A DNA stretch of 64,000 nt, taken from the IMG/VR virus record IMGVR_UViG_3300035070_003918, positions 1,462 to 65,461 of that record, one strand, 5' to 3'. The first letter of the stretch is position 1. The number at the start of each line of letters is the position of its first letter. The notes under the pieces are model-generated. The model was given only the letters and a program-made list of their open reading frames with translations, searched no databases and was not told the origin of the DNA. Both the position numbers and the translations under genes were made by a program. Shown piece by piece: positions 18,460 through 25,615 of this stretch. This stretch comes from a virus (Duplodnaviria; Caudoviricetes).

Positions 18460-19025
18460 CGCGCCCCTCGCCTCTTTCCTGGCTTCTTCGCAGCCGCACG
18501 CGCGGCCTTTGCCTCATCGATCACGCTCTCGATTGTCCTGGTGTCTCCGACCGGCTCCGGCTCCGTCGATGGCGGAGACCCCTGAGGAAGACCGATCAAG
18601 ATCCGAAGCGCAAAGCTGGCAGCGTCGAAGAGGATCTCCTTGCTGATGCTCGTCGCTCCGACCGCGTCCAGCGCCCTCACGCCGGCCTCAAGCACGTGCT
18701 CAGGGAACCCGCGAGCCACCGCAGCGCGCGCGGCCTCGAAGCCGTCGAGCCGAGCCACGCGGGTGGTGGCGATCAACTCTCCGTCGAAGATCGCGGCCGG
18801 ATCGTAGCCGCCGAGCGCTGCCAGTCGCACCACGCACCTCGGGCCAACCCCGTGCCGTCCGTTGACGAACTTCCCGAAGTTGGTCTCGTGCACCTCGCCG
18901 AGCTCGGCCGCGAGCGAGCGCTTCGTGCGCCCGTCCACGAGCAGACCAAGAGCCACCGTGCGCGCGGCGTCCACCACCTTGGCCGGAAGCTTGGTCTTCG
19001 GTTCCGAAGCCATCTCGCGAGACAT
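18456..19025 (-). CDS. CI-like repressor (N-terminal HTH)
   Basis: TKRSLAAELG...FGKFVNG HTH-like motif; divergent from the Cro-like gene. Confidence 0.65.
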   Translation of the reverse strand: MSREMASEPKTKLPAKVVDAARTVALGLLVDGRTKRSLAAELGEVHETNFGKFVNGRHGVGPRCVVRLAALGGYDPAAIFDGELIATTRVARLDGFEAARAAVARGFPEHVLEAGVRALDAVGATSISKEILFDAASFALRILIGLPQGSPPSTEPEPVGDTRTIESVIDEAKAARAAAKKPGKRRGAR

Positions 19026-19052
19026 CCTACACCCCGTCTACGTCGCTCCAGC

Positions 19053-19118
19053 GCGGGACAGCGGTGTCCCGCACTTGACGCGACTAGCGCTAGCGCTAGT
19101 ATGGTGTCCCATGGGACA
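19053..19118 (+). promoter_or_regulatory. Rightward promoter (PR-like) and operator cluster
   Basis: TTGACG (19075)-16 nt-TAGTAT; perfect palindrome ACTAGCGCTAGCGCTAGT at 19083-19100; GGGACA/TGTCCC inverted repeats at 19053-19072 and 19105-19118. Confidence 0.8.
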
Positions 19119-19347
19119 GGTCACGAAGGGAGCGGCCATGCTCGGCGCATGGCTGCTCAAGAATGAGCGCACCAACCGCTGGCTCGCCGAAGAACTCGGG
19201 GTCGCCGAGTCGCAGGTCGGCAGGTGGCTGAGCGGCATGTGGAGGCCGCGTCAAGAGACGCTGCTGGCCATCGAGTCGATCACCGGGATCCCGGCGTCCG
19301 CGTGGCTCGACGAGCGTAAGCCTCTCAGGACGAGACGGGCCGCGTGA
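19111..19347 (+). CDS. Cro-like HTH (XRE family) protein
   Basis: WLAEELGVAESQVGRWLSG...P...LAIESITGIPASAW. Confidence 0.88.
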   Translation: MGQVTKGAAMLGAWLLKNERTNRWLAEELGVAESQVGRWLSGMWRPRQETLLAIESITGIPASAWLDERKPLRTRRAA

Positions 19348-19784
19348 GCGTCACCATCGACAGCGTCGCCCGTGGCCACGGTGGTCTCAGCATCACCTGC
19401 CACACGTCGCTCACGAGCCCGCGAGCGGACACGTGCGGTCCAGACGATGCGCTGTCCAAGCGCAGCTTCCCGGGTGTCGTGCAGGAGGTGGCGCGCGCTC
19501 TCTCGCTGGGAGTGGCGCTCTCGTCGCGCTCTCACTCGGTCGGCAGGTACCACGAGGCCACCTACTCGGGGCCTCCTCGCTGGGCGTGTATCGACCGCAC
19601 CGGCGCTGTCGTTCCCTGGCTCGAGGTCGAGGAACACTGCACGAGCCTCTACTCGCGCGAGCGCGTCGAGCGGCAGGACTGGTCGACCTTCGGCGCCGCT
19701 ATGGCCTTCGTCTGCGCTGTCGGTCGTGAGACCGCCCTGCGCGCTGTGGCTCGGCTGCACATCTCCTCTCTCGTCGCGAGGTGA
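19344..19784 (+). CDS. Hypothetical protein
   Basis: GTGA-coupled to the Cro-like gene. Confidence 0.5.
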   Translation: MSVTIDSVARGHGGLSITCHTSLTSPRADTCGPDDALSKRSFPGVVQEVARALSLGVALSSRSHSVGRYHEATYSGPPRWACIDRTGAVVPWLEVEEHCTSLYSRERVERQDWSTFGAAMAFVCAVGRETALRAVARLHISSLVAR

Positions 19785-19787
19785 CCC

Positions 19788-20087
19788 ATGGACCGCCCCG
19801 GCATCAGCAAGTGCAGCCCGAAGCGCGCTCAGGCGCATCAGAATCTCACGGAGTGGCTCGGGGAGTGGTGCGCCGAGAACGGCGTGTCCGTCCGCGAACT
19901 CGCTGGGGCGCTGGGCCTGACCTCGTCCGTCGCCGCCAAGAAGCTCTCTGGTGAGGCCTCGGTGGCGGGTATCGATCTTGTCCTGCTCTACCAATGGGCG
20001 GAGCGTCGCGGGGACAAGTTCATTCTCTCGTTTCGGGATGACGTGTGCCGCGGTGTTCGCGGCGATGACCTTCTTGCTCATGGGTGA
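19788..20087 (+). CDS. HTH protein (CII-like position)
   Basis: SVRELAGALGLTSSVAAKKLSGE. Confidence 0.7.
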   Translation: MDRPGISKCSPKRAQAHQNLTEWLGEWCAENGVSVRELAGALGLTSSVAAKKLSGEASVAGIDLVLLYQWAERRGDKFILSFRDDVCRGVRGDDLLAHG

Positions 20088-20130
20088 CAGCATGCGAATG
20101 GGGCGGACTCAGATCGATACGGGCTCAGCG

Positions 20131-20178
20131 GTTCAGCGATCAGTTCAGAGATCAGCACAGCGATCAGTTCAGCGAACA
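20131..20178 (+). repeat. Four tandem 12-nt repeats (consensus GTTCAGCGATCA)
   Basis: GTTCAGCGATCA GTTCAGAGATCA GCACAGCGATCA GTTCAGCGAACA, inside short ORF 20092..20310. Confidence 0.8.
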
Positions 20179-20309
20179 CACAAGATCGCCGCGCAATTCG
20201 ACCTGAACACCGGCGCTCGCGGGTGGACCATGGTCGCCGACTGCGACGTCCACCCCGACCGGCCGATCGGTCGGTGCCCCACGGGCCTTGGGTACGAGGT
20301 GCGCTCGTG

Positions 20310-20465
20310 ATGCACCTGACGCTGTACCACGTGGCTCGAGCCAAGCCGGCGAGCCGAAGGCGTCTCGCGCGTGCGCTCGGCCTCCGCGCGAACGCAACGA
20401 TCGCGCAGATCGTCCAGGCCGCCAATGCGCACATCGCGCCGACGCGCGGGGGCGGGTGGTCGTGA
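20310..20465 (+). CDS. Small basic protein
   Basis: TGATG coupling. Confidence 0.45.
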   Translation: MHLTLYHVARAKPASRRRLARALGLRANATIAQIVQAANAHIAPTRGGGWS

Positions 20466-20623
20466 CCGCCTGCCTCTACTTCGGCGCGCTCATGGTCGGC
20501 GCCATTCTCGCGCACCACGGGTCACCTTGGTTGGCCTTCGCGCTCGGGTGCGTCGTGCTCGTGACTCACGTGCTCTGTCGGTTGATCGATGTGCTGGATC
20601 CGGTGGAGGTCGACGATGAGTGA
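20462..20623 (+). CDS. Small membrane protein
   Basis: Two hydrophobic segments; GTGA coupling. Confidence 0.5.
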   Translation: MTACLYFGALMVGAILAHHGSPWLAFALGCVVLVTHVLCRLIDVLDPVEVDDE

Positions 20624-21053
20624 GGACAACGAGGACGGGGCGGACGTCGGCCAGCTCGAAGGGCTTCTGCCGATGGCGCCTATCAGCATCGCTCGGCTTG
20701 CTGAGTCGGTGGGCTCCGCTCCAGAGTCGAAGAACTTCCGGCGTGGCGTCTGGCAGGCCATCGAAGCCTACCGATCGCGAACCGGCATTCACCTCGTGCA
20801 GCGCGACGGGATGATCGAGGCGGTCACTCCCGAGGAGCAACTACGCGAGGCGAAGCGTCGGTTCGAGACGGCGCGCATCAGGATGCGACGCGGAGCCGAA
20901 ATCGCTAGCGGGTCAGCGACCCGCGATCCATCAATGGTCGCGAAGGCAGAGCGCCTTCTGGACCGCGAAGCGACGCGAGAGCCGACGTTGGCCAATGAGG
21001 CGCGTGAACTGCGCGCGGCCAACCTTCGCAAGCTCTTGCTCGGAAAGACTTAG
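20616..21053 (+). CDS. Hypothetical protein directly upstream of GGH-NN array 1
   Basis: GGAGG RBS; 145 aa; possible winged helix plus coiled coil. Confidence 0.7.
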   Translation: MSEDNEDGADVGQLEGLLPMAPISIARLAESVGSAPESKNFRRGVWQAIEAYRSRTGIHLVQRDGMIEAVTPEEQLREAKRRFETARIRMRRGAEIASGSATRDPSMVAKAERLLDREATREPTLANEARELRAANLRKLLLGKT

Positions 21054-21063
21054 GCAGGTCATT

Positions 21064-21148
21064 GGCGTGGCACTTCGCGGCAGGGACGTGCTCGGCACGG
21101 ATGGGCGTGGACCGGTTTGGCTTGGCGAGGCATGGACCCTTCAATGGG
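21064..21148 (+). repeat. Phased (GGH-NN)15 array 1 plus terminal hairpin; candidate guide ncRNA
   Basis: GGCGT GGCAC ttCGC GGCAG GGACG tGCTC GGCAC GGATG GGCGT GGACC GGTTT GGCTT GGCGA GGCAT GGACC, then CCC-TTCAAT-GGG. Confidence 0.85.
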
Positions 21149-21162
21149 CACTGGGAGAGACC

Positions 21163-21765
21163 ATGAAGATCATGAAGTTCAGGGTACGAATCGACAGCGA
21201 GCGACCCATCATCATCCAGAGCGATCGGCTGGTCGATCCACTCGACCCGATGAGCATCGAGAAGAGGCGGCTAGCCAAGCACAAGGACAAGGCGAGCGAG
21301 GCCTTCCAGGCAGACATTGGCAGGATCGAGTGGTTCGGCGCGCTCTACCTGGACGACGACTGCAAGCCGAGGCTCGCGATCCCGTGCGACAACATCTTGC
21401 GCGCGATGCGCGACGCCGCTGCGCGAGAGAAGCTCGGTGAGACGGTGAAGCGCGAGGTCACCATCGATCCTCCGCTGATCGACTTCCTGGACCACGGTGG
21501 CCCAAAGGATCTCGAGGCGATGTATGCCGACCCGAGGTTCGTTCTGCGCAAGTCGGTCGCTCAGCAGAAGGCGCGCGTGATGCGCGTACGCCCGCGTCTG
21601 CCCGTGTGGGCGCTCGAGTTCACCATGACCGTCGGTGGCGCACAGACGCTGACCGCGGACGACGTGAAGCGGATCCTGACGAACGCCGGCATGGTTGGGA
21701 TCGGCACGTGGCGACCTCGCTATGGTCACTTCAAGGTGACCAAGTTTGAGAAGGCCAAGGACTAG
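21163..21765 (+). CDS. Stand-alone RAMP/Cas7-like protein (200 aa)
   Basis: N-terminal strand FRVRIDSERPII, IPCDNILRAMRDAA, RVRPRLPVWALEF, G-loop AGMVGIGTWRPRYGHF; GGGAGAG RBS. Confidence 0.82.
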   Translation: MKIMKFRVRIDSERPIIIQSDRLVDPLDPMSIEKRRLAKHKDKASEAFQADIGRIEWFGALYLDDDCKPRLAIPCDNILRAMRDAAAREKLGETVKREVTIDPPLIDFLDHGGPKDLEAMYADPRFVLRKSVAQQKARVMRVRPRLPVWALEFTMTVGGAQTLTADDVKRILTNAGMVGIGTWRPRYGHFKVTKFEKAKD

Positions 21766-21779
21766 AAGTTTCGGCTCTG

Positions 21780-21877
21780 GGCTCGGCCGGGCGCGGCACG
21801 GCACGGCAGGGCGGGGCACGGAGCGGCCCGGCGGGGAGAGGCACAGCAAGGCAAGGCAAGGTCCCTTTCTACAGGGA
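21780..21877 (+). repeat. Phased (GGH-NN)17 array 2 plus terminal hairpin; candidate guide ncRNA
   Basis: GGCTC GGCCG GGCGC GGCAC GGCAC GGCAG GGCGG GGCAC GGAGC GGCCC GGCGG GGAGA GGCAC aGCAA GGCAA GGCAA GGTCC, then TCCCT-TTCTAC-AGGGA. Confidence 0.9.
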
Positions 21878-21888
21878 AGGTTTCGCGA

Positions 21889-22044
21889 ATGACTGACTTC
21901 GGCTGGTCTCTCCCATCGGTCCGCGAGCGGGCGCGCGAGTGCCAGCGGGTCGAGGTCATCAATGGGTCGCCGGTGCTGCTCGTCTTCGCGCTGCTCATCG
22001 GGGCGGCGCTGGGGTGCGTGTGTGGGGTTTGGATCAAAGGGTGA
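21889..22044 (+). CDS. Small single-TM protein (51 aa)
   Basis: Own translation MTDFGWSL...VLLVFALLIGAALGCVCGVWIKG. Confidence 0.45.
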   Translation: MTDFGWSLPSVRERARECQRVEVINGSPVLLVFALLIGAALGCVCGVWIKG

Positions 22045-22052
22045 GGTGAAGG

Positions 22053-22286
22053 ATGAGGCCGTACTTCCGAAAGTTGCCGCCGATCGTCGAGGTCCCGAAG
22101 GAGGCCCACGACGGGTACCACGTCGTCGTGAGCGGGAAGGTTGTGGCGTCGTCGTGGTGTCATGACTGCCACGCCGGGACCTGCGACTGCCTGCTGACGA
22201 TGGCGGCTCGAGCTCGACACCTCGGGGTCGGCGCCACCGTCCAGGGTCCGCTCGGGCGCGACCTCATCAAGCGGAGCGCCGCGTGA
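22053..22286 (+). CDS. Small Cys-containing protein
   Basis: CHDC...CDC; RBS present. Confidence 0.5.
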   Translation: MRPYFRKLPPIVEVPKEAHDGYHVVVSGKVVASSWCHDCHAGTCDCLLTMAARARHLGVGATVQGPLGRDLIKRSAA

Positions 22287-22678
22287 GCCCCACGGACGTT
22301 CTTCGGGCGGCTGCTGCGGCGATCCGAGCGCTGCCCGACCGTGACCTGCTCGAGCTCGCGCTGCGGGCGGATGGGCCGACGGAGCCGACGCCGTCGCAAC
22401 CGGCCGTGGCGTCGGCCCCTCCCACGGCCGCGCTCCGGCGGGAGGTCGCGACGAGCACCAAGCGCCCTACGCGGGCGGGCACGAGCAACCAGGAGTTCGT
22501 TGCACGCGCCCTCAGCGTCCTGCTGTCGAAGGCGGAGCCGGTGAGCTACGGAGCGGTGTCCAAGGCATCGGGCCTGTCCCAGCCTTCGACCCACCGCGCG
22601 CTCCAGACGCTCGTCGCGCTCGGCAAGGCGACGATGCGAAAGCAGGGTCACCGCTCGCTGTACGAGGCCAGGCGATGA
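22283..22678 (+). CDS. Winged-HTH DNA-binding protein
   Basis: VSYGAVSKASGLSQPSTHRALQTLVALG. Confidence 0.75.
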   Translation: MSPTDVLRAAAAAIRALPDRDLLELALRADGPTEPTPSQPAVASAPPTAALRREVATSTKRPTRAGTSNQEFVARALSVLLSKAEPVSYGAVSKASGLSQPSTHRALQTLVALGKATMRKQGHRSLYEARR

Positions 22679-23025
22679 AGCTGCAGGTCTCGTCGCCGGC
22701 CAGGACTCAGCCCATTCCGCCGACGCGCACGCTGCCGGTCATTCCGCACGACGTGGTGCCGACCATGCGCCCGCCGCTCGAGGTGACCAAGGTCTCTCGG
22801 CTGACCGACCGCTTCGTCTGCACCCGCTACGGCGGCCCCTGCGTCATCACGGCCGAGACGTGCATCAAGCGCCAGCGCGCCGTGCTCGCGCTGGACGACG
22901 ACCGGACTTCGACCGGTGGGTCCAAGACCTTCGGCTATGGCGGCAGCCCCACGGCCTCCGCCCAGTTCTACAACTGCAAGAAGTGCGACGACGGAAACCG
23001 CGTCGCGAGCAAGGTGAACTCGTGA
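22675..23025 (+). CDS. Hypothetical Cys-containing protein
   Basis: Coupled ORF. Confidence 0.55.
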   Translation: MKLQVSSPARTQPIPPTRTLPVIPHDVVPTMRPPLEVTKVSRLTDRFVCTRYGGPCVITAETCIKRQRAVLALDDDRTSTGGSKTFGYGGSPTASAQFYNCKKCDDGNRVASKVNS

Positions 23026-23294
23026 GCGCAACCAACTACTTCAAGACGTATTCGCCGTTCGGTCCGACCCACGGCGTCTTCCCCTTTGTCGACGGCGACT
23101 CGTCGTCGATCGAGACGGCGTGGTCCGCGGTCCTCGAGTGCAAGGGCCTGGCAGACCAGATGCGCTCGGGTCGTCGCGACGAGGACACCAGCTCCGACCG
23201 CGAGAAGCACGTCGTCCTCAGCCGGGTCGTGTCGTGCTGGACGAAGCCGAAGCTGTCGGGCCCGTGGTCTAACGTCGCGGCGGTGGCGTCATGA
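23022..23294 (+). CDS. Hypothetical protein
   Basis: GTGA-coupled. Confidence 0.5.
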   Translation: MSATNYFKTYSPFGPTHGVFPFVDGDSSSIETAWSAVLECKGLADQMRSGRRDEDTSSDREKHVVLSRVVSCWTKPKLSGPWSNVAAVAS

Positions 23295-23653
23295 TGCCGC
23301 CGCTCGACCGGGTCTGGGACGACGCCGACATGGCTCAGGCGATCCATCACGTCGCGCGCGAAGGATGGCGCGGCCCATCCTCGGCGCTGCTGTCTCGCAT
23401 CACGGGGTGGTCCGAGGAGGACGCTGCGCTCGAGCTCGAGCAGGAGGACCCCACCGAGAGGGTGTGCGCGTTCCTCTCGCTACTCGCGGTCCACTGCCAC
23501 CCGGACGCGCCGCTGATGCGCGTGACGCCCAAGCTCATCGCCGAGCTGACGGGGTGGCACCACGTCCGCGTCGAGCGCGCGCTCGTGGAGGCCGTGAGCC
23601 GAGGGCGCCGCGCGCTGTTTAGGATGGTGCCTGCCGAGGGGAGGCCCGCGTGA
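23291..23653 (+). CDS. Hypothetical protein (possible HTH)
   Basis: TPKLIAELTGWHHVRVERAL. Confidence 0.55.
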   Translation: MMPPLDRVWDDADMAQAIHHVAREGWRGPSSALLSRITGWSEEDAALELEQEDPTERVCAFLSLLAVHCHPDAPLMRVTPKLIAELTGWHHVRVERALVEAVSRGRRALFRMVPAEGRPA

Positions 23654-24237
23654 GCGCCGCATTCGACCTGGTCGCGTCGGCGCCAACGCCGCAGCGCGTG
23701 GAGCGCGCAGAGCTCGACTACTACCCAACGCCTGCGTGGTGCGTGGATGCGATCAAGCCGTTCCTATGTCCCGGGCGCTCAGTGCTCGACCCGGCCTGCG
23801 GGCAGGGGGAGTTGCTGATTCACTTCGGGGTGTCCGGCGAGACATCGCTGCTCGGCATTGAGCTGGACGGTTTGCGAGCCCTCGCGGCTGAGCGCATCGC
23901 CACCCAGCGCGTCATCGAAGCAGACGCCCTCGCCGTTGACTGGCCCAAGGTCGACCTCGTGATCTGCAACCCGCCCTTCTCGCTCTCGCTCGAGTTCGTC
24001 GAGAAGTCTCTCCAGCAGCAGCTGCCTCACACGACGCACGCCTTCCTGCTGCGGCTGTCGTTCCTCGAGTCGCGCGAGCGACGCGCGCTTCACAAGCTGC
24101 ATCCGAGCGACGTCTACGTCCTCTCCGAGCGGCCGAAGTTCAGGCCCAACCGTCACGGCAAGATGGCCACCGACTCGATCACATGCGCGTGGTTCGTGTG
24201 GGGTCCTGGGCGCGGCGGAAGGTGGAGCGTCCTGTGA
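23650..24237 (+). CDS. Orphan amino-DNA methyltransferase (N6-adenine type)
   Basis: DYYPTP, VLDPACGQG, ICNPPFS. Confidence 0.9.
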   Translation: MSAAFDLVASAPTPQRVERAELDYYPTPAWCVDAIKPFLCPGRSVLDPACGQGELLIHFGVSGETSLLGIELDGLRALAAERIATQRVIEADALAVDWPKVDLVICNPPFSLSLEFVEKSLQQQLPHTTHAFLLRLSFLESRERRALHKLHPSDVYVLSERPKFRPNRHGKMATDSITCAWFVWGPGRGGRWSVL

Positions 24238-25088
24238 GCGCGTCTCTCGCTACCTGGCTTTACATCGCAGCTGGCTCCGTTGTGGCGCTGTGCTGGCTGC
24301 GCCACGTGCGCGCTATCGGTCTGGTGCTCGTCACGGTCGCGGTGGGAGCCCTCTGGCCTCTGTTCGCGGTGGCTGTTGCGCTCCACATGCTCGTCGAGAT
24401 CGCGAAGGACCGGGTCCGATGAGCAACCCCATCGAACAGGCCACGCTCGCGCTCTACGCGGCGGACGACGGTACGAAGTCCGTGTTCGGCAGGTGCAACA
24501 ACGAGCACTGCAGCACCATCGCGCAGGAGTGCCATCCGTGGGCGTGCTGTCACGCAATGGCCGACGCGACCCGCCGACAGCGTGCGGCGGAGAACGGCTT
24601 GCTGGCCGCCGTACGTGACGCGAGGCCGCGGTCATGACGCCCTTCGGCTATCCCGTGCTCCCGTTCCTGGTCGGCGAGGTGAGGGTTGCTCAGGCCAAGC
24701 AGAGCAGGGCAAGGTGGCAATCCGACTTCAACTTGGCCGAGTTCACCGCAGCGGAGCTAGAGTTCCTGGCCAGGATCTGCCACCTGTTCAACTTCATCGA
24801 GCAGGGTATCAAGTGAGCGTCGCCAAGCTCCACCCGATGGGCGACACGTCGGTCACCGAGGAGTTCCGCTGTCGCGTCTACGCCGACGTGGAGACGGAGC
24901 ACGCGCGCTTCGAGCGTCTGCGCTCTGAGGCGCTCGCCGCCGCTCAGTCGCCCGACGGCCTCATCGAGGCACCGGCCTACGACAAGGCGATCGAGGCCCT
25001 CATCTATGAGGGCCTTCTCAACCCGGTGCCAGAGCGCGTACCAGCCGAAGGCGGCGGGTACATGCACCGGTGGAGGGTGAGGCCGTGA
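24234..25088 (+). CDS. Four small coupled hypothetical genes (24234-24422, 24419-24637, 24634-24816, 24813-25088)
   Basis: ATGA/GTGA overlaps. Confidence 0.5.
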
Positions 25089-25615
25089 TCTCGATCGGTA
25101 TCGACTGCGGCTCGGACAAGACCGGGTTCGCGTGCATCGAGATGACCCATCACGGGCCGGTCCTCACCGCCGGCGCGCACGAGCCGATCGAGTGGCTCAG
25201 AGGAAGGAGCCCCACAGCCCTCTACGCCATCGAGCAGATCCAGGGCTACGCCTTCAACCCGGCCCGCGTGAAGCACCTGGTCGAGACCGCACGCAACGAG
25301 GGACGCGCGCTCGAGATGCTCCACAACCGCGACGTCGTGGTCTTCACCGCCCGCGAGGCTCGCGGTGAGTTCTGCCGCACGCCGCGGGCGAGCGACAACC
25401 AAGTGCGCATCGTCGTCGAGGCGCTGGTCACCATCGTGCCCAAACTGAAGGCGACGACCCGTGTGCACGTCTACGACGCCGCGCTGGTGGCGCTGCTGGC
25501 CCTCCGACGACGTGGGCACGCGCTCAAGCTGCCCAACGACGCCGAGGTGCGGCTGCTCAGCTTGCAGGCGCTGGAGAACGAGAAGCGCGCGGCGAAGAAG
25601 AGGGCTGTCGCGTGA
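25085..25615 (+). CDS. RuvC-like Holliday junction resolvase
   Basis: IGIDCGSDKTGFA, AIEQ, HVYDAALVA. Confidence 0.8.
   Translation: MISIGIDCGSDKTGFACIEMTHHGPVLTAGAHEPIEWLRGRSPTALYAIEQIQGYAFNPARVKHLVETARNEGRALEMLHNRDVVVFTAREARGEFCRTPRASDNQVRIVVEALVTIVPKLKATTRVHVYDAALVALLALRRRGHALKLPNDAEVRLLSLQALENEKRAAKKRAVA

Noticed and set aside
20995-21162. N-terminal extension of the RAMP ORF in the ORF track
   Set aside because: It overlaps the upstream gene and crosses array 1; a good RBS (GGGAGAG) precedes ATG 21163.
21762-22220. Minus-strand ORF with ALPCCASPRRAAPCPALPCR repeats
   Set aside because: It is the antisense translation of array 2, and the surrounding genes are all on the + strand.
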